Shown here piece by piece: positions 22,437-34,942 of a DNA stretch of 64,000 bases. The translations under genes and the position numbers were made by a program. Position 1 is the stretch's first letter. The number at the start of each line of letters is the position of its first letter. The notes under the pieces were generated by a model. It was not told the DNA's origin. It worked only from the letters and a program-made list of their open reading frames with translations, and made no database searches. Source of the DNA: Monocercomonoides exilis PA203 (Eukaryota; Protista; Preaxostyla); the NCBI GenBank assembly GCA_001643675.2, contig LSRY02000012.1, positions 682,001 to 746,000 of the forward strand, written 5' to 3'.

Positions 22437-25400
22437 TTACATTTCTGTTTGAGTGCTTATGATTTCCGAATCGATGAGCGTATCACTTCCATCGGTATCG
22501 TCTGTGGCATTCTCAAATCCAATTGCATCTGTTACTGTGAGGACCGCAGCGTCAGGCGGAAAATGTGCAATAAAATCTTTTTTGAGCTGAAAAAGAGAGG
22601 GGCGAGCAGACGGAGATTGCGAAACGCAATTCTTCACAAGGCTATAGAAAGCAGAACATTGGACAACCTCCAATTTTGGTCTTTCGCCTTTCGTTATTTT
22701 ATCTCCAGCTATTCCTGCTTCATACTCGCCAAATGGGATCTGGAGCGTCAGACACTCCCACAGCATCATGCCGATGGAGAATGCAACAGATTCCTTTGTT
22801 GCTCTCTTCTTCTTATTAATCTGCAGCTCAGGCGCCTTCCACCTCAAACATTCTTTCAAATTATCATCATCATCCTCAAAGGCGGACGAGGGAGGTGGTG
22901 AGCCTCTACTATTCTTGTTGATGGTTAAGTAATCTGAGGAAGAGGTTACAATTGTCGAAGTGGAAGAGATGGATGATGAATCCGAATCTGATGAACAGTC
23001 GGAGTGCAGAGCAATGCAAATAACCATGTGTTCTGAGAAGAGAACAATATGAGGGCTCAAGTTTGATAAAGAGGGAAGTTCATCTTCCTCATCCTCAAAC
23101 GGGTGGAGTGCCCCATTTGCCACCCAGAACAGGATCTGTGCAGCGGTCATCTCCCTCTCTTGAAGACTTCCAATCGCCATCTCCTTCTTCTCGTTCCTTC
23201 CGTGAAACAACATGAACAATGAATCCCGCAGATCCACAATCAGCTTCTCGTGAGGTGATGAGCAGGCCATTGCATCCACCAGATTCGACATCGATGAAGT
23301 GGTTGGACATAGATCTTCCCCTTGAACAAATGTGGATTCTGTATCTGAAGTGTCTGTGGTTGAAGTGGATGAAATGGACGGAGACGGAGATCTCTTTTGA
23401 ATCTCTTCCTCATCATCAACATCATCCATTTCCCATTCTGCATTCTTATCCGAATCATGTTCAAGAATATTTTCTGTAGAGCCACCTTCAGACAACAAAT
23501 GCTCTGAAGACTCAGAATGCACCATCTTCTTTCCATACACCCTCTTCATTGTCTTGCCTTCAATCTTCTTTTCTGCCTCCCTCTCTGCCCTTCGCCACTG
23601 ATTCTCAGGCGACATCTCCATCGACACCATCTCAAACGCTTTCGGATCCTTATTTATGTTGTCATCAAGAATCTCCTTGTATTTTTTCGTTTCTTCCTTT
23701 GATTTTCTCCATCGAACAATGAATATCACCAATCCAACGAACACCGCAATCAATATCACGATCAACACTATTACAACGATTGGCCACATTGATTTTTCTT
23801 CTTTTCCACTTTCAACAGATTTTTCATCTATTTTTTGCTTAGACTCGCTTCGATTCTTCAATATGAACGATTCAGTTCTTGATGGAAATGATGGATTACC
23901 AAATAGAATGCTCACACGAACTTCTGTCTCTGCGAATACTGTCGTCAAATTACTGTTATGAATTACACCTTCAACTTCTCCTTCCGAGATAAATCCGTCT
24001 TCATTAAAATCATACTTCTCAATCAGCTCCTCATCACCTGTTGTGTATGTCAGCCTGAAAGACAGACCACACGGTAGAAGCAGTGTTCCTTTGAACCTTA
24101 TGATATAATATTCATAGGCTTCTGATCCCACAACCAGGACAGAGTCCAGTTTTGGTATGAAAAAAGATGATTCTCTCTCTCCTGCTATTCCATCAAGTGT
24201 GCATTCATCATTCAAGATCCAAAGAGAAGAATTGGGCATAACACCATCCCCGCCTTTCAAACTCGAAATTGTTAGAGCTGCACCACCAGAGCAGATGATG
24301 TTTCGGCGAAGGGAGGGATATTTTTCAATGAAAGGATTATTATTTGCCAGCATCCCCATTTCGATAAATGTTTTTCCTCCTTTAATCGAAATTCCTCCTT
24401 TCGATGAATTCTCTATCATTATTTCTTTTGCCTGAAGATTGGAATTTTCCATATGTACAAGAGATCCATTCCATTTACAAATTCCATCAGCAGCAATATT
24501 ATTTCCAAACTCTTGTTGATTTGCAAGCACTCCTGAAAAACTGCATGAGCTCAACGAAATGTTTTCCGAGTCATAGATATTTAAAATGCTCCCTTTATCT
24601 GCTGTGGAAATGCAAGATTCACAAGAGCAATTTGAAAGCGTTGCATGAGTGAAAGACGAATGGTACACTGAAAGAATGGAGGCATTTTGCGAATTGCTAG
24701 TGCAATTATTGAATGAAGCGCTTACAAGAGATATTGTTTCCGAAGTTATATCGTTTATTGATAAGATGCAACCTTCAGATAGATTCGCTCCATCAACAGA
24801 TACTCTATCAAACATAACATTTTTGCACTCTCCAAGCTCAAATACATTTTTTGAAGCTTCAAACTGTTCCAGTTTCACATTTACCAACGAAATATGATCT
24901 CCACTCAACAGAAAAGAAGGCTTATTGAATGAAAGGAACGATATTGAGCAATTGTCAACATGAAGAATTCCATTTTCTATACTCAGTAATGAAGAATTGA
25001 GAACGACAGCTTCAACGCTTTCTGGCTCTACAACCGAAGAAAAATCAACAAATGATAAAGAAAGCTCCCCGCTTGATTCAAGAATGACTGAATTTCCTGA
25101 ATAAGAAAACGATTGGTCAAAGGTGAACTTTACGCTCTCGATACGAATTCTCCCTGTGGTTGTGATAAGACTTCCCTCGTTGGTTATTGTTGAATTCAGA
25201 TATATCAAAGCAGCTGAAGGAGATTCAAGTGAGCGTACGATAACATCATGCACATCACATTTCTCAACGATGCCTGTTTCCCCTAAGATCAACAGCTGCG
25301 AGAATAGCGATGGAATGATGTGTGGAACTCCATCGTTCAATGATTTGCATGGCATACTGAACTCTCCACATTGCTTGCTATCTGAATGATTATCTGCAAC

Positions 25401-28400
25401 TGAAGACACAAATATCGTCTCGCTCTGATATTTCACAACCTTCAGCAGAAGATCCTCCTCATCAAGAAATGTATCTGTTGTACAGCCCCATATCGCGAGC
25501 TCCTTCACAAACGGTGCTCTGAAATCCAGCAAGAATTGCTCATCAACTATTTGATTTTCTATTGAGTGGCATCTCACATACGCATCTCTCCCCCTCAAAG
25601 CAGAGTTGTCTCTGAATGTGATGTTCGATAGTACAAACTGCAGCGGTTGTTCGACTGTTGGAGCACATCCCAGAAACAGCCAGCCACCTCTTCCTGCGAT
25701 GGAGCAGAAACACTCAGAAATTGTTGAAAACGAACAGTCAAAGCTTCCTCCTTCATTTAATGCATGAAACATTGCGCCTCCCTTTTCACATTTCGATCCG
25801 CCGCATCTCCTCATTGTTGTGTTTCGAATCACAATTTTCAATGGCTCATCATCATTGTCATTTCGGATGACTGGAATATTATCTGTTGTGTTCTGGGTGA
25901 CTTCTTCAAATACGCTCCACTCAATAACAACATCTTGTTCAGCTTCATTTCTCTCTCTTCTTGAGCTCTTTTCAATATACAATCCGCTCACACCTTGCAG
26001 CTGAACATTCTTCATTGTTAGGTTTTTTATGTTTATTGTTGATGTTGACAACACAGAAACAACATCATGTGAAAAGCGCAATGATTGGATGGACACAAAA
26101 TTCAACAAAACAACACCTTCATTTGCTTTGATAAGCCCAAAGTTTATGATTTCTTCTCTATCTTCTCCTTTTTTGGTGAATGAGCAATCTTTCAGAGTCA
26201 ACGATCCTTCGCTTGAGTCAACATTCAACAAAGCATTAACACCGCTCGTGAATGACGATGGAAACACAAACTTTATCAGTTCGAAATTGGTAATACCCCG
26301 AATCTTCATTGCTGCTTCCTCTGCTCCTTCAAGCGAAGAGTTACATTCCAATGAGCACATGCTGCTCTCATCAGATTTCACTGATATTCCACTCACATCA
26401 ACACTTTTCTGAAGAATTCCATTTCCAATGATGCTGATAATCCTCTCGTTTCCTTCTGGCAATCGATCCAATGAATAATCAATTGACAGACAAGGATAAT
26501 CTGAAAGACCACAAATGCACACATCTTTTCCATCATCACTGACAACTATCTCTGAGCCAAAGGTTCGCCAAAAATAGATCAATGGAATGGCATTCGTTGA
26601 ATCATTTCCATCAAAGCCACTCAAAGAATTCAATGAAATATCAGCAAAATGATCAGATATAAAAGGAAGAGAGGTGTTTGTGATGCTCTTTGTCAAGTTG
26701 GATGATTCAATAAACAGATCATTTCCATATTTCGCAATATTTGGCTTGTTTGCGTCAAAAATGGGAGATAAGATTACAAACGAAGGATTACCATCAATCA
26801 ACTTCAGTGCCATTCCCCCACCAAAGCCAGTCTTCTCTTCTTCATCTGGTGCTGTGCATCCTATGAATGTGCTTGAAATAACATTCATTTGAATGCTCCC
26901 TTTCAACTGACCATCAATGGCCCCTCCTCTGCTTTCATCAGCAAGCACAGAACATCCGTCAAAATCACATTCTTCAATATTAATTTCTGCATTAGAATTT
27001 TCATCATTGCTGTTGTCAATGCTGATGCAGCCTCCACTTCCACCTTCTCTTTCGATTTTTGTGTAATTGCTTTTTGTCATGTTCAACCATAGAGTGTTCA
27101 TCAACTCGATATTTGTTCCACTTCCACACAAAGAGATCAGAGGATTTCCACTCAAAGTGATTGATGAAGCTGAAAACGAATCAACGGACAAGGTGCCAGA
27201 CTCAACAGATAAGAATAGACATGCTAATTCTGATGATGGACTTTGAAGCGAAAGAGAACACTGAGATAGAGTCAACGAAGAAGAAGAAGAAGAAATAAAA
27301 TTGGAATGAAGAGGAAGTGAAGATGGAAGAGAGAAGATAAGTTTTGACAATTCAGTTTCAACGCTTACTGTTATCAAAGCTGAGTTTGATGTTGTGCTTG
27401 CATCAGAGACTGTCCAGCCACTCTGTTCATCATTTCCTCGTATTTCATGCTTCTTGTTGAATAAAACAAATTCATTACAAACAGAAATTGTTCCCTTCAC
27501 AACAACTTTCTTTTCACCTGTAAAACGTGTGAGGGAGTGTTTCATTGTCAAACAAGGGAATTGAGTAATTCCGCAATGTGAATGATCAGATGCCTCAATA
27601 TTGCTCACATAGATTTCTGTTGGGATGAGAAGGAGATATATGCACAGGGGTATAGCCAAAGTTGTATTTCCATTATCATATCCCAGCACTTTGTCAAATG
27701 AGTCCAACGAATTTGTTACACACGTAATCTTTTGTGACTTTGCGATTTCTTCCAGATTTGGTGAAATAACAAAGACATCACTTCCCCACTTGGCTGTGTT
27801 TGTTTCGAATGAAGAGGAGATCAGGAAATCTGGAGTTTCAGTTAATAATCGAAGAAGGATTCCACCCCCAATTCCGTTGGATGAAGAGCAAAAGCATCCA
27901 TCAAACGTCCCGCCTTCCACTTTCACTTCATTTGCTTCTCCTGCACATAACATCATCGATCCTCCATTCTCTGAACTTGTGCTTCCACATCCCAAAAATG
28001 AACAAGAATTCAGATCAATGTTGGCCTTGTCATTCGAAAATGACATCACAGCTGCTCCGCTCGTTGTTATTTCTATTCCATCAAAAGCGCATTCTGAAAG
28101 TGTCAACGAAATCTCATTTGTTGAAGAAAGCGAAAATAGCGAAATTGTCGAAATAGTCTTTGCCCAATTCACATTTTCCATCTGCAGCATACCATTCTGA
28201 ACATTTATCAGTTCAGTCGAAAATCCTGTTTGTACCGAGTATCCGCTTCCAGCAGATATGTTCAGTCTGCTAATATGTATTTCTCCTGCTCCACTTATCT
28301 CAAATAACCTTGAATCACGATTGTTCGGATGTATTGAATCATGCACAAGTGAAAGGTCACTTACAGTTAATGTGCCTGTTGAGACTGAAAAAAGAGACAA

Positions 28401-30254
28401 GCCAGCTGATTCTAATTCTGTTTGGATTGCTGTGCTCATATTGCTTTGGCCATAAATTGATAAACCATCTGCTCCACAATCCACATTTTTTGTTACGATT
28501 ATTGTTCCTGTGAGTATTTTGATATCCTTCACAAATTCTGGAATTAGTTGAGTTAAACAATGGCTAATAGTATTACATGGATAAGATTCATTTATTCCAC
28601 ATACAAATGCGTCAATCGCATGAGGTTGGGTTTCATTCGATGAGACAAATCTGACTCTTCCGCCATCATTCCTAAGCCATTCACTATGATCAGCAACGGT
28701 AACAGAGTTTGTGCCAACGCGAATTCCAGTCTGGCGAGTTGAATAACAGCTTGAATCAAACAAATTGAACACCTGACCTTCAAGAACAGCATCACAACCT
28801 CCAGTGCCTCCGGTATTTTCATGGAAAAAACAAAAAAACATAACCTTTATCGATATATTTTTACAACCACTTATTGAAATACCTCCACCCCCCAAAAAAG
28901 CATTGTTCTTTATAAATTGACAATTAGAAACGTTAGGCATAAGGCTCAAATCCCAAATCTGAATCCCTCCTCCTAATGGCGATGAAACGTTTGACGTTGA
29001 GCAGTTTTCAAACAAGCAATCAGATATGATATCATCCGCTAAAACAGAAGCTTTTCTATCAATTGACATCCCCCCACCATCATTGCCAGCAAAGCAATTT
29101 CTGAATGAATTATTTCTTACGATGTATGTTGTCTGAGGTCTTGTGATGCAAACTGCACCGCCAGCTTCGTTGGAACTTCCTTGTGCTTGGCAGTTCAAAA
29201 AAACAGAGTTACAAATGGAAATCTGAGAAATTGAGGTAGCGCATATTGCTCCTCCCCGTCCGTTTTGCGCAATATTTCCTTGAAAATAGCAATTTGAAAG
29301 AGTGAGAGTGGATGCAGTGTTCCCTGCTATTAAAATGGCGCCTCCATGAGTTGTTGAGTTACAACCAATCCATTCAGAATTACTCAATGACACTGAATCT
29401 GAAGTGTCGATCCTGCTTTGGCTTGCATAACCGTCATTGTTATCAATATTTCTAATTACAGATGTATTTTTGCAATGAAAACGGACAGTGCCTTTCAGAC
29501 CAAAAATAACAGAGCCAAAAAATGCATTTTCTGTTGAAATCAACAGGCAGTTTTCAATGCGGCTTTCCTCCGTTTTTCTTCCAATGGCACCGGGCTTGTC
29601 CGTTTGTAATATCTTTCCTTCTCTGGTGATGTTGCGTATGATTGTATTTTTGATGGAAAAAGAGTGGCTGTCAACCCCACAAATCAACCCACTTCCGCAG
29701 AATCTTAAATCGTTGAACAAGCAATTATCCATTGAGATTGATGACTCTTTCCCGTCTGCAAAACAAATGAACTGCACAGCTTCGTTCTGCGATTCGTGCT
29801 CAAGTGTCAAATTGGTAAAGTGGAGAACAGATTCTCGATTTTCATAAGAAATTGGAGAAATTGCATCTCTCACCAAAATACTTGAGCAAATGCTAACAGC
29901 CGAGCATTTTTCAATGACGAAAAGGCTTCTTGTCTTCAACTGCTTGAAAACCATACCAACCAGAAGATTTGAGGCATTTTGAGCCCTCCATGTGCCTGCC
30001 ACCTCTGACATCAAACAAGAAAGATCATTTTTCCAATCCTCTTCCATCTGCTTCCTGGAACCTGTTTCTCCCAATGCGCACAACCATTCTTTGTTTTTGG
30101 TTCCTTCCTTCTCGAGAGGGTGTTCCAATCTCATCTTCGTAATCCGTCCTTTCTTAAAGTCCATTTTATCCAATGCTTCATCTTCCGTGCAAAATCCAGC
30201 CTTTTCGCTGCTGCAAACGCCACCAAGCACCAAGAAAGAAAATATCAAAATCAT
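22437..30254 (-). CDS. Giant single-pass receptor 1: beta-helix/PMP-like ectodomain, TM helix, tyrosine-kinase-like pseudokinase (2605 aa)
   Basis: Signal peptide MILIFSFLVLGGVCSS; repeated GGAI / FxxN motifs; four CG-x5/6-C modules; TM WPIVVIVLIVILIAVFVGLVIFIV followed by RWRKSK; kinase C-lobe motifs LRWKAPE, FSIGMMLWE, IPF, RP. Confidence 0.88.
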   Translation of the reverse strand: MILIFSFLVLGGVCSSEKAGFCTEDEALDKMDFKKGRITKMRLEHPLEKEGTKNKEWLCALGETGSRKQMEEDWKNDLSCLMSEVAGTWRAQNASNLLVGMVFKQLKTRSLFVIEKCSAVSICSSILVRDAISPISYENRESVLHFTNLTLEHESQNEAVQFICFADGKESSISMDNCLFNDLRFCGSGLICGVDSHSFSIKNTIIRNITREGKILQTDKPGAIGRKTEESRIENCLLISTENAFFGSVIFGLKGTVRFHCKNTSVIRNIDNNDGYASQSRIDTSDSVSLSNSEWIGCNSTTHGGAILIAGNTASTLTLSNCYFQGNIAQNGRGGAICATSISQISICNSVFLNCQAQGSSNEAGGAVCITRPQTTYIVRNNSFRNCFAGNDGGGMSIDRKASVLADDIISDCLFENCSTSNVSSPLGGGIQIWDLSLMPNVSNCQFIKNNAFLGGGGISISGCKNISIKVMFFCFFHENTGGTGGCDAVLEGQVFNLFDSSCYSTRQTGIRVGTNSVTVADHSEWLRNDGGRVRFVSSNETQPHAIDAFVCGINESYPCNTISHCLTQLIPEFVKDIKILTGTIIVTKNVDCGADGLSIYGQSNMSTAIQTELESAGLSLFSVSTGTLTVSDLSLVHDSIHPNNRDSRLFEISGAGEIHISRLNISAGSGYSVQTGFSTELINVQNGMLQMENVNWAKTISTISLFSLSSTNEISLTLSECAFDGIEITTSGAAVMSFSNDKANIDLNSCSFLGCGSTSSENGGSMMLCAGEANEVKVEGGTFDGCFCSSSNGIGGGILLRLLTETPDFLISSSFETNTAKWGSDVFVISPNLEEIAKSQKITCVTNSLDSFDKVLGYDNGNTTLAIPLCIYLLLIPTEIYVSNIEASDHSHCGITQFPCLTMKHSLTRFTGEKKVVVKGTISVCNEFVLFNKKHEIRGNDEQSGWTVSDASTTSNSALITVSVETELSKLIFSLPSSLPLHSNFISSSSSSLTLSQCSLSLQSPSSELACLFLSVESGTLSVDSFSASSITLSGNPLISLCGSGTNIELMNTLWLNMTKSNYTKIEREGGSGGCISIDNSNDENSNAEINIEECDFDGCSVLADESRGGAIDGQLKGSIQMNVISSTFIGCTAPDEEEKTGFGGGMALKLIDGNPSFVILSPIFDANKPNIAKYGNDLFIESSNLTKSITNTSLPFISDHFADISLNSLSGFDGNDSTNAIPLIYFWRTFGSEIVVSDDGKDVCICGLSDYPCLSIDYSLDRLPEGNERIISIIGNGILQKSVDVSGISVKSDESSMCSLECNSSLEGAEEAAMKIRGITNFELIKFVFPSSFTSGVNALLNVDSSEGSLTLKDCSFTKKGEDREEIINFGLIKANEGVVLLNFVSIQSLRFSHDVVSVLSTSTINIKNLTMKNVQLQGVSGLYIEKSSRRERNEAEQDVVIEWSVFEEVTQNTTDNIPVIRNDNDDEPLKIVIRNTTMRRCGGSKCEKGGAMFHALNEGGSFDCSFSTISECFCSIAGRGGWLFLGCAPTVEQPLQFVLSNITFRDNSALRGRDAYVRCHSIENQIVDEQFLLDFRAPFVKELAIWGCTTDTFLDEEDLLLKVVKYQSETIFVSSVADNHSDSKQCGEFSMPCKSLNDGVPHIIPSLFSQLLILGETGIVEKCDVHDVIVRSLESPSAALIYLNSTITNEGSLITTTGRIRIESVKFTFDQSFSYSGNSVILESSGELSLSFVDFSSVVEPESVEAVVLNSSLLSIENGILHVDNCSISFLSFNKPSFLLSGDHISLVNVKLEQFEASKNVFELGECKNVMFDRVSVDGANLSEGCILSINDITSETISLVSASFNNCTSNSQNASILSVYHSSFTHATLSNCSCESCISTADKGSILNIYDSENISLSSCSFSGVLANQQEFGNNIAADGICKWNGSLVHMENSNLQAKEIMIENSSKGGISIKGGKTFIEMGMLANNNPFIEKYPSLRRNIICSGGAALTISSLKGGDGVMPNSSLWILNDECTLDGIAGERESSFFIPKLDSVLVVGSEAYEYYIIRFKGTLLLPCGLSFRLTYTTGDEELIEKYDFNEDGFISEGEVEGVIHNSNLTTVFAETEVRVSILFGNPSFPSRTESFILKNRSESKQKIDEKSVESGKEEKSMWPIVVIVLIVILIAVFVGLVIFIVRWRKSKEETKKYKEILDDNINKDPKAFEMVSMEMSPENQWRRAEREAEKKIEGKTMKRVYGKKMVHSESSEHLLSEGGSTENILEHDSDKNAEWEMDDVDDEEEIQKRSPSPSISSTSTTDTSDTESTFVQGEDLCPTTSSMSNLVDAMACSSPHEKLIVDLRDSLFMLFHGRNEKKEMAIGSLQEREMTAAQILFWVANGALHPFEDEEDELPSLSNLSPHIVLFSEHMVICIALHSDCSSDSDSSSISSTSTIVTSSSDYLTINKNSRGSPPPSSAFEDDDDNLKECLRWKAPELQINKKKRATKESVAFSIGMMLWECLTLQIPFGEYEAGIAGDKITKGERPKLEVVQCSAFYSLVKNCVSQSPSARPSLFQLKKDFIAHFPPDAAVLTVTDAIGFENATDDTDGSDTLIDSEIISTQTEM

Positions 30255-31392
30255 CTTTTTTAAAGTGATTGAAAAAAACAGAAATTATGGAACAATTTTT
30301 GATCATTTATTTTTTTTTTTTTAATTTGATGCACCATCGAATATTTGTTCTCATAATGATGAAAGATCACTGATCATATCATCTGATTGATCAATTCCAA
30401 AGGAATTATAATTTACTATTAGTTATTTTTTATTGAAATAATGTTTTCTTTTAATCAGAGAAATTGAAAAAGTAAAAGCAGAAATCAATCTGAAACATTT
30501 TCATTAAAGTTTTTAATTTGAGATTGCTTCTTTCTATTGTTATCAGAAAATGGAATTGTTAATTATTCCAAAAAAGAAAAGGAAAAGTCAAAAAAAAGAA
30601 AAAGAAACCAGATAATGAGGTGAAAAAAGATAGAAGATAATTTTTTATATAATAAGTGTTTTCGGAATATAGATTAAAAAAAAAATTTTTTTTTGAAATC
30701 ATAATTAATGAAATCGTTTTGTTCTTAATGCTTCTTTAATTATTATCAAACAAATATGTGAAGTCAACAAATAGTGATAAGCTAAACATTTATGAATCGT
30801 AACTCATTTCACATTCCAATTCAAGAAAAAATTTGGTGAGTTTGATGATCGATATTTTTTTTTATTGAGCAGTTATAATTTGAAAAAAACCATTCAAATA
30901 GGGAGAAAAGAGAAGAGAGAAAGGTTCGAAGGAGAGAGGAAAAAAGATATAAACTATTATCAATCATTGAAAAAAGTTATTAACTTTGTTATTGATGAGT
31001 GATTTATGTTTCATAAGAAGAGACACACTCCAAAAACTTGGAAAAATCATGTTTTTGGAAATCCATGTCATTTATTGTTTCTTCTCACTGATGTTTTTTC
31101 GTAAACTTATGTTTCATAGTTGTTGAATGTTATTACAGGATCAAATAAAAAAATAACACCACACTTATTACAAGATGTGGTTTTTTTCAAATAAGAATCG
31201 AAAAATAATCAAAAAAATGAATAAAAAAATGAATAGAAAATTAAGTGTATATTTACTGAAATAAGTTATATGCGTGATTTTTTTTTGAATTCGTGTTTTC
31301 TCTATCAAAAATATCAATTTGAGAATTTTCAAAGAATGCAAATAACGGAATATTGTGAAGTTTTTTCTCCTTTCAACGATTATTTTTCATAT

Positions 31393-31661
31393 GGGACAAA
31401 ATATTTGGCTTCAAGCATTTTCCTTGAAAAATTATGCATCTTGGATGATCTTTTTGTGATCAAATAATTTGAAGAAAATGGGCTTATTTTTTGAAATACA
31501 TGTGAGGTCACAAAACATAATGTTATTATATTAATGATGTTTTCTTACAGATATGAAAATCAAATTTATTTTGTAATCTGATAACGTTTTATTGTGTTAT
31601 AAGAAAAACAATTTTTTTCATGCCTTGTGCAAAAAAAGCTTGAAAGATAGTATTTTCCCCC
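31393..31661 (+). mobile_element. MITE family B copy 2 (269 bp, empty-site version)
   Basis: GGGACAAAATA...TATTTTCCCCC ends with ATAT duplication; alignable to 20190-20701 and to the reverse complement of 32193-32459. Confidence 0.75.
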
Positions 31662-32192
31662 ATATGATATAATTAATATAATTTTTTTTCCTGCTGTATA
31701 GAAATCAACAAAAAAAAAACAATAAAATTCAAAACAGGAAAATAAATAAATAATTGTTATTTCTATTTATTTCTCTATTTTATTTGTTTTTTTTTGACCG
31801 AAAAGTGAAAATGCATCTAATCACAATAGGGCAATGGTGAAAATTTTTGAAATCATTACTGTTCACACAGTGTTGATTTTTCGAATGTTCAATAATGAAT
31901 GTGAAGATTTTTTCATTCAATAGAAAAAAAAAATAATAATTGTTTTGAAGAATGATAATAAAGATTATTATTATTAAAAAATGATCTTAGAAAGGTGTTG
32001 CAACGTTTCAGAATTCATTTATCAATGCTCAAACTGAATTCTCAATCAGAATTTTGTGATGGAGATAATATGGACTCAAAAATATCCACACATGCATTGA
32101 AAAATGTTCAATTTTGTTCGAAGTTTCTTTTATTATTTCATTCACTTTTTTTTTTTGAAAAGAAGAGTCATATCATTCATAATTGAACATTT

Positions 32193-32459
32193 GGGGAAAA
32201 ATACGGACTTTCAAGCTTTTTTTGCACAAAGCATTGAAAAATTGCTTCTCTCATTACATTGTATAACTTTATCAGATTTCAAAATAAATTTGATTTTCAT
32301 ATCCGTAAACATGCATCGTAGGAATCAGAACATCAAGTTTTCCAACATTTTACGAGTGTCAAAAAATGGTCAAATTTTTATTGTGTTTTTTGATCAAAAA
32401 AGTCAATGAAAAGTGCAAAATTTTTCTATGAAAATGCCTGATGCACAATATTTTGCCCC
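32193..32459 (-). mobile_element. MITE family B copy 3 (267 bp)
   Basis: GGGGAAAAATA...TATTTTGCCCC ends with ATTT duplication; similar along its length to 62332-62598. Confidence 0.78.
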
Positions 32460-33146
32460 ATTTAGAGAATTTTGTGTTAGAAAATAATTTGGCATAATTT
32501 GTATGTTAACGGAGAAAATCTTGTGCTTGTCTTGTTTATTTTACCAATTCGAACGAAGTGTGTTCTGTGAAAGGAGACTCAACAAACACCCTTGAATTGA
32601 AAAAGATAATCAAATTCGCAACGTGTGAATGATAAATATTCAACATGTTCAAAAATTTTTGAGAACAATAGCCATATGCAAAGACGAAAAATTATCTTCA
32701 TTTTTTTCTTTTTGTCTCAAACAATTAATTTTTGGAGTGAAACCATCACTTTTTGACCATTTCAAACCACTGGCAATTGTTATGCGAAAATAATTAATTT
32801 CATTTCCCTGAAAAATATTCTAATCAGAGCTCATTTTAGAAACAAAAACAAAATATAATATAAAAATAATGAGTGCAATCAAAATAAATATCGATTGATT
32901 CTCCATTTTCCGCATTCCATTTGAAAAATGTTTTTTGAAAACTATTCTTTAAGATTTGTTATTGACATTTTTTGAATGGAAAGTTAAATATTCTTCTTTA
33001 ATAAAGCTTGATTTTTGTTCTTCTGTATAATGGAAAAAATGTCATATAAATCACATTCACAATTATTAAAAATAGATGATAAAAAAATAATTTTTTCATT
33101 TTTATTTCTTTTTTTTTCAATACAAAAACATTTGCTCAATTTATCA

Positions 33147-33364
33147 TAATAAGGCTGATTTTTTTTTGTTATTATTCTTTTTCGAGTTTTGATCAAAATT
33201 TTAATCTCAATGGGATTTTTGTTAATTTTTGTTTTTCCAATCGCAATATCATAAACAATAAGTGTTCACTATTTCAACTCATTTATTCCCAAAATCCCAT
33301 TGAGAATCAAATTTTGATCAAAACTCGAACGAAAGTATGATTTCAAAAAGTATCAGCCATATTA
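33147..33364. repeat. Imperfect inverted repeat / fold-back element
   Basis: 33181-33219 TTCGAGTTTTGATCAAAATTTTAATCTCAATGGGATTTT pairs with 33291-33329; outer GGCTGAT / ATCAGCC also pair. Confidence 0.7.
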
Positions 33365-33458
33365 AAAAAACTGAATAATGCAAAAATTCACATAATTTTT
33401 GGATCAAAACAAAAATGAACAATTGATAAACCCAATACATAAAGTTGTTTCAGAAAAT

Positions 33459-33512
<54 letters not shown>

Positions 33513-34942
33513 AATTGCAACCAGTTAATAAAACACAAGGAAAACCTTTATCAAATTTTTTTCGTCACAAATTTTGAATTTTTTGACTCAGATTGTTTGT
33601 AAAAAATATTTGAAATACAATTTCATTTTTGTTTGTTGATTTCAGTCATGCTTTATTACTGGTTTGCATGCCTGAACGAAATAAAGATGACAAAAATAAT
33701 TTTCGATGCTTGTTTAAAACTGGCTTCAACAAAAACTCAAACTTATTCAATAATTGGACCTTTCAAAAAATAATTATTCACGCAGTCTGACAAAAGGAAT
33801 TTTTTCAAATCGTGTTTTAATAGTCTTGATTCAATGAAATTATGGATCACTGAAACTTGATAAATTTTTTTTACATATTTCCTTTCTGAACAAGAAATTT
33901 TAAATTTTTATCCGGAAATAATATTTTTTTAAAAAATTATTTAAACTTGACGAATTAATTGATACTTTACAGAGTTTGCAATTGACCACATTTTTATTAT
34001 TGATAAAATATATTTATATAAACAAAACGGAAAATGAGCAGAACAAAAAAAGAAATAATAAAAAATGGGTTCCAAAAACTTTTTGTTTTAAATCACAAGA
34101 TTTCTGAGTAAAAAACGAAGAAAAATGACTTCTGTGTGAATGTACATTCATTTAAGAAATGTTTTGAGGATAAAAATGGAATAATCGATTGGATTTTGAT
34201 TATTAAAAAAATTATCATTTGTTTTCTCTTGTCAGGCTTTTTCACAAGTAATGAAAGTTCAAATTCTTCAGAGAGAATCTGGAAATACTGCGCATATAAC
34301 TGTTGTATGATTATTATTAATATTCACAAAAGAAAAAGAACAATAACGCCAGAATCCATTTATTCATAAAAATTCATTATGCTGAAGAGATGACAACAAC
34401 CGATGCTAGCAACAATTTGCAATCAACGGAAACACTCATTATTTGTTGCATTTGAAGAAAAATTGAATTTTCATCTTAAAAAATAAAAAATTGACAAATA
34501 GAAGAGAATCACACTTTTGTTGGAAAATACGGGGAATAAGCCGAAAACAAGAACTGAACCACAGTGTATGTGCTTTATCATGATTACATGATCTTTGTTT
34601 ATGAAGACATTGAATATTCCAATGTGATGTTTTTTTCCACCTATTTAAGAATTTAGATCTTCACATATCTTTCTTTTGATTGATTGACAGCAATATTTTG
34701 ATTTGATGGTATGACATTTCAGATTAAAAAATTTCCCTATTCAATTTATTAATTTTTTTTAAGTTTGGCTTCAAAAGTTACAGCTGATTTTTTTTTATCA
34801 AAATCAGATAGAAATTTGTCTCAAACAATTATGATTTATTCTTGAATAATTCCATTAATAAATCTCTAGAAGATATCACATCAAGCATTTATAATTATAT
34901 AATTTAAAGATCAGGCAATAATTTGGGATTTTTTTTCAAAAG

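Noticed and set aside
31393-32459. Two inverted family B copies as ends of one composite transposon
   Set aside because: Each copy has its own matching target duplication (ATAT and ATTT), indicating independent insertions.
30255-34942. Short Phe/Ile/Lys-rich ORFs between receptors 1 and 2
   Set aside because: Chance ORFs in very AT-rich DNA and MITE sequence; no motifs.
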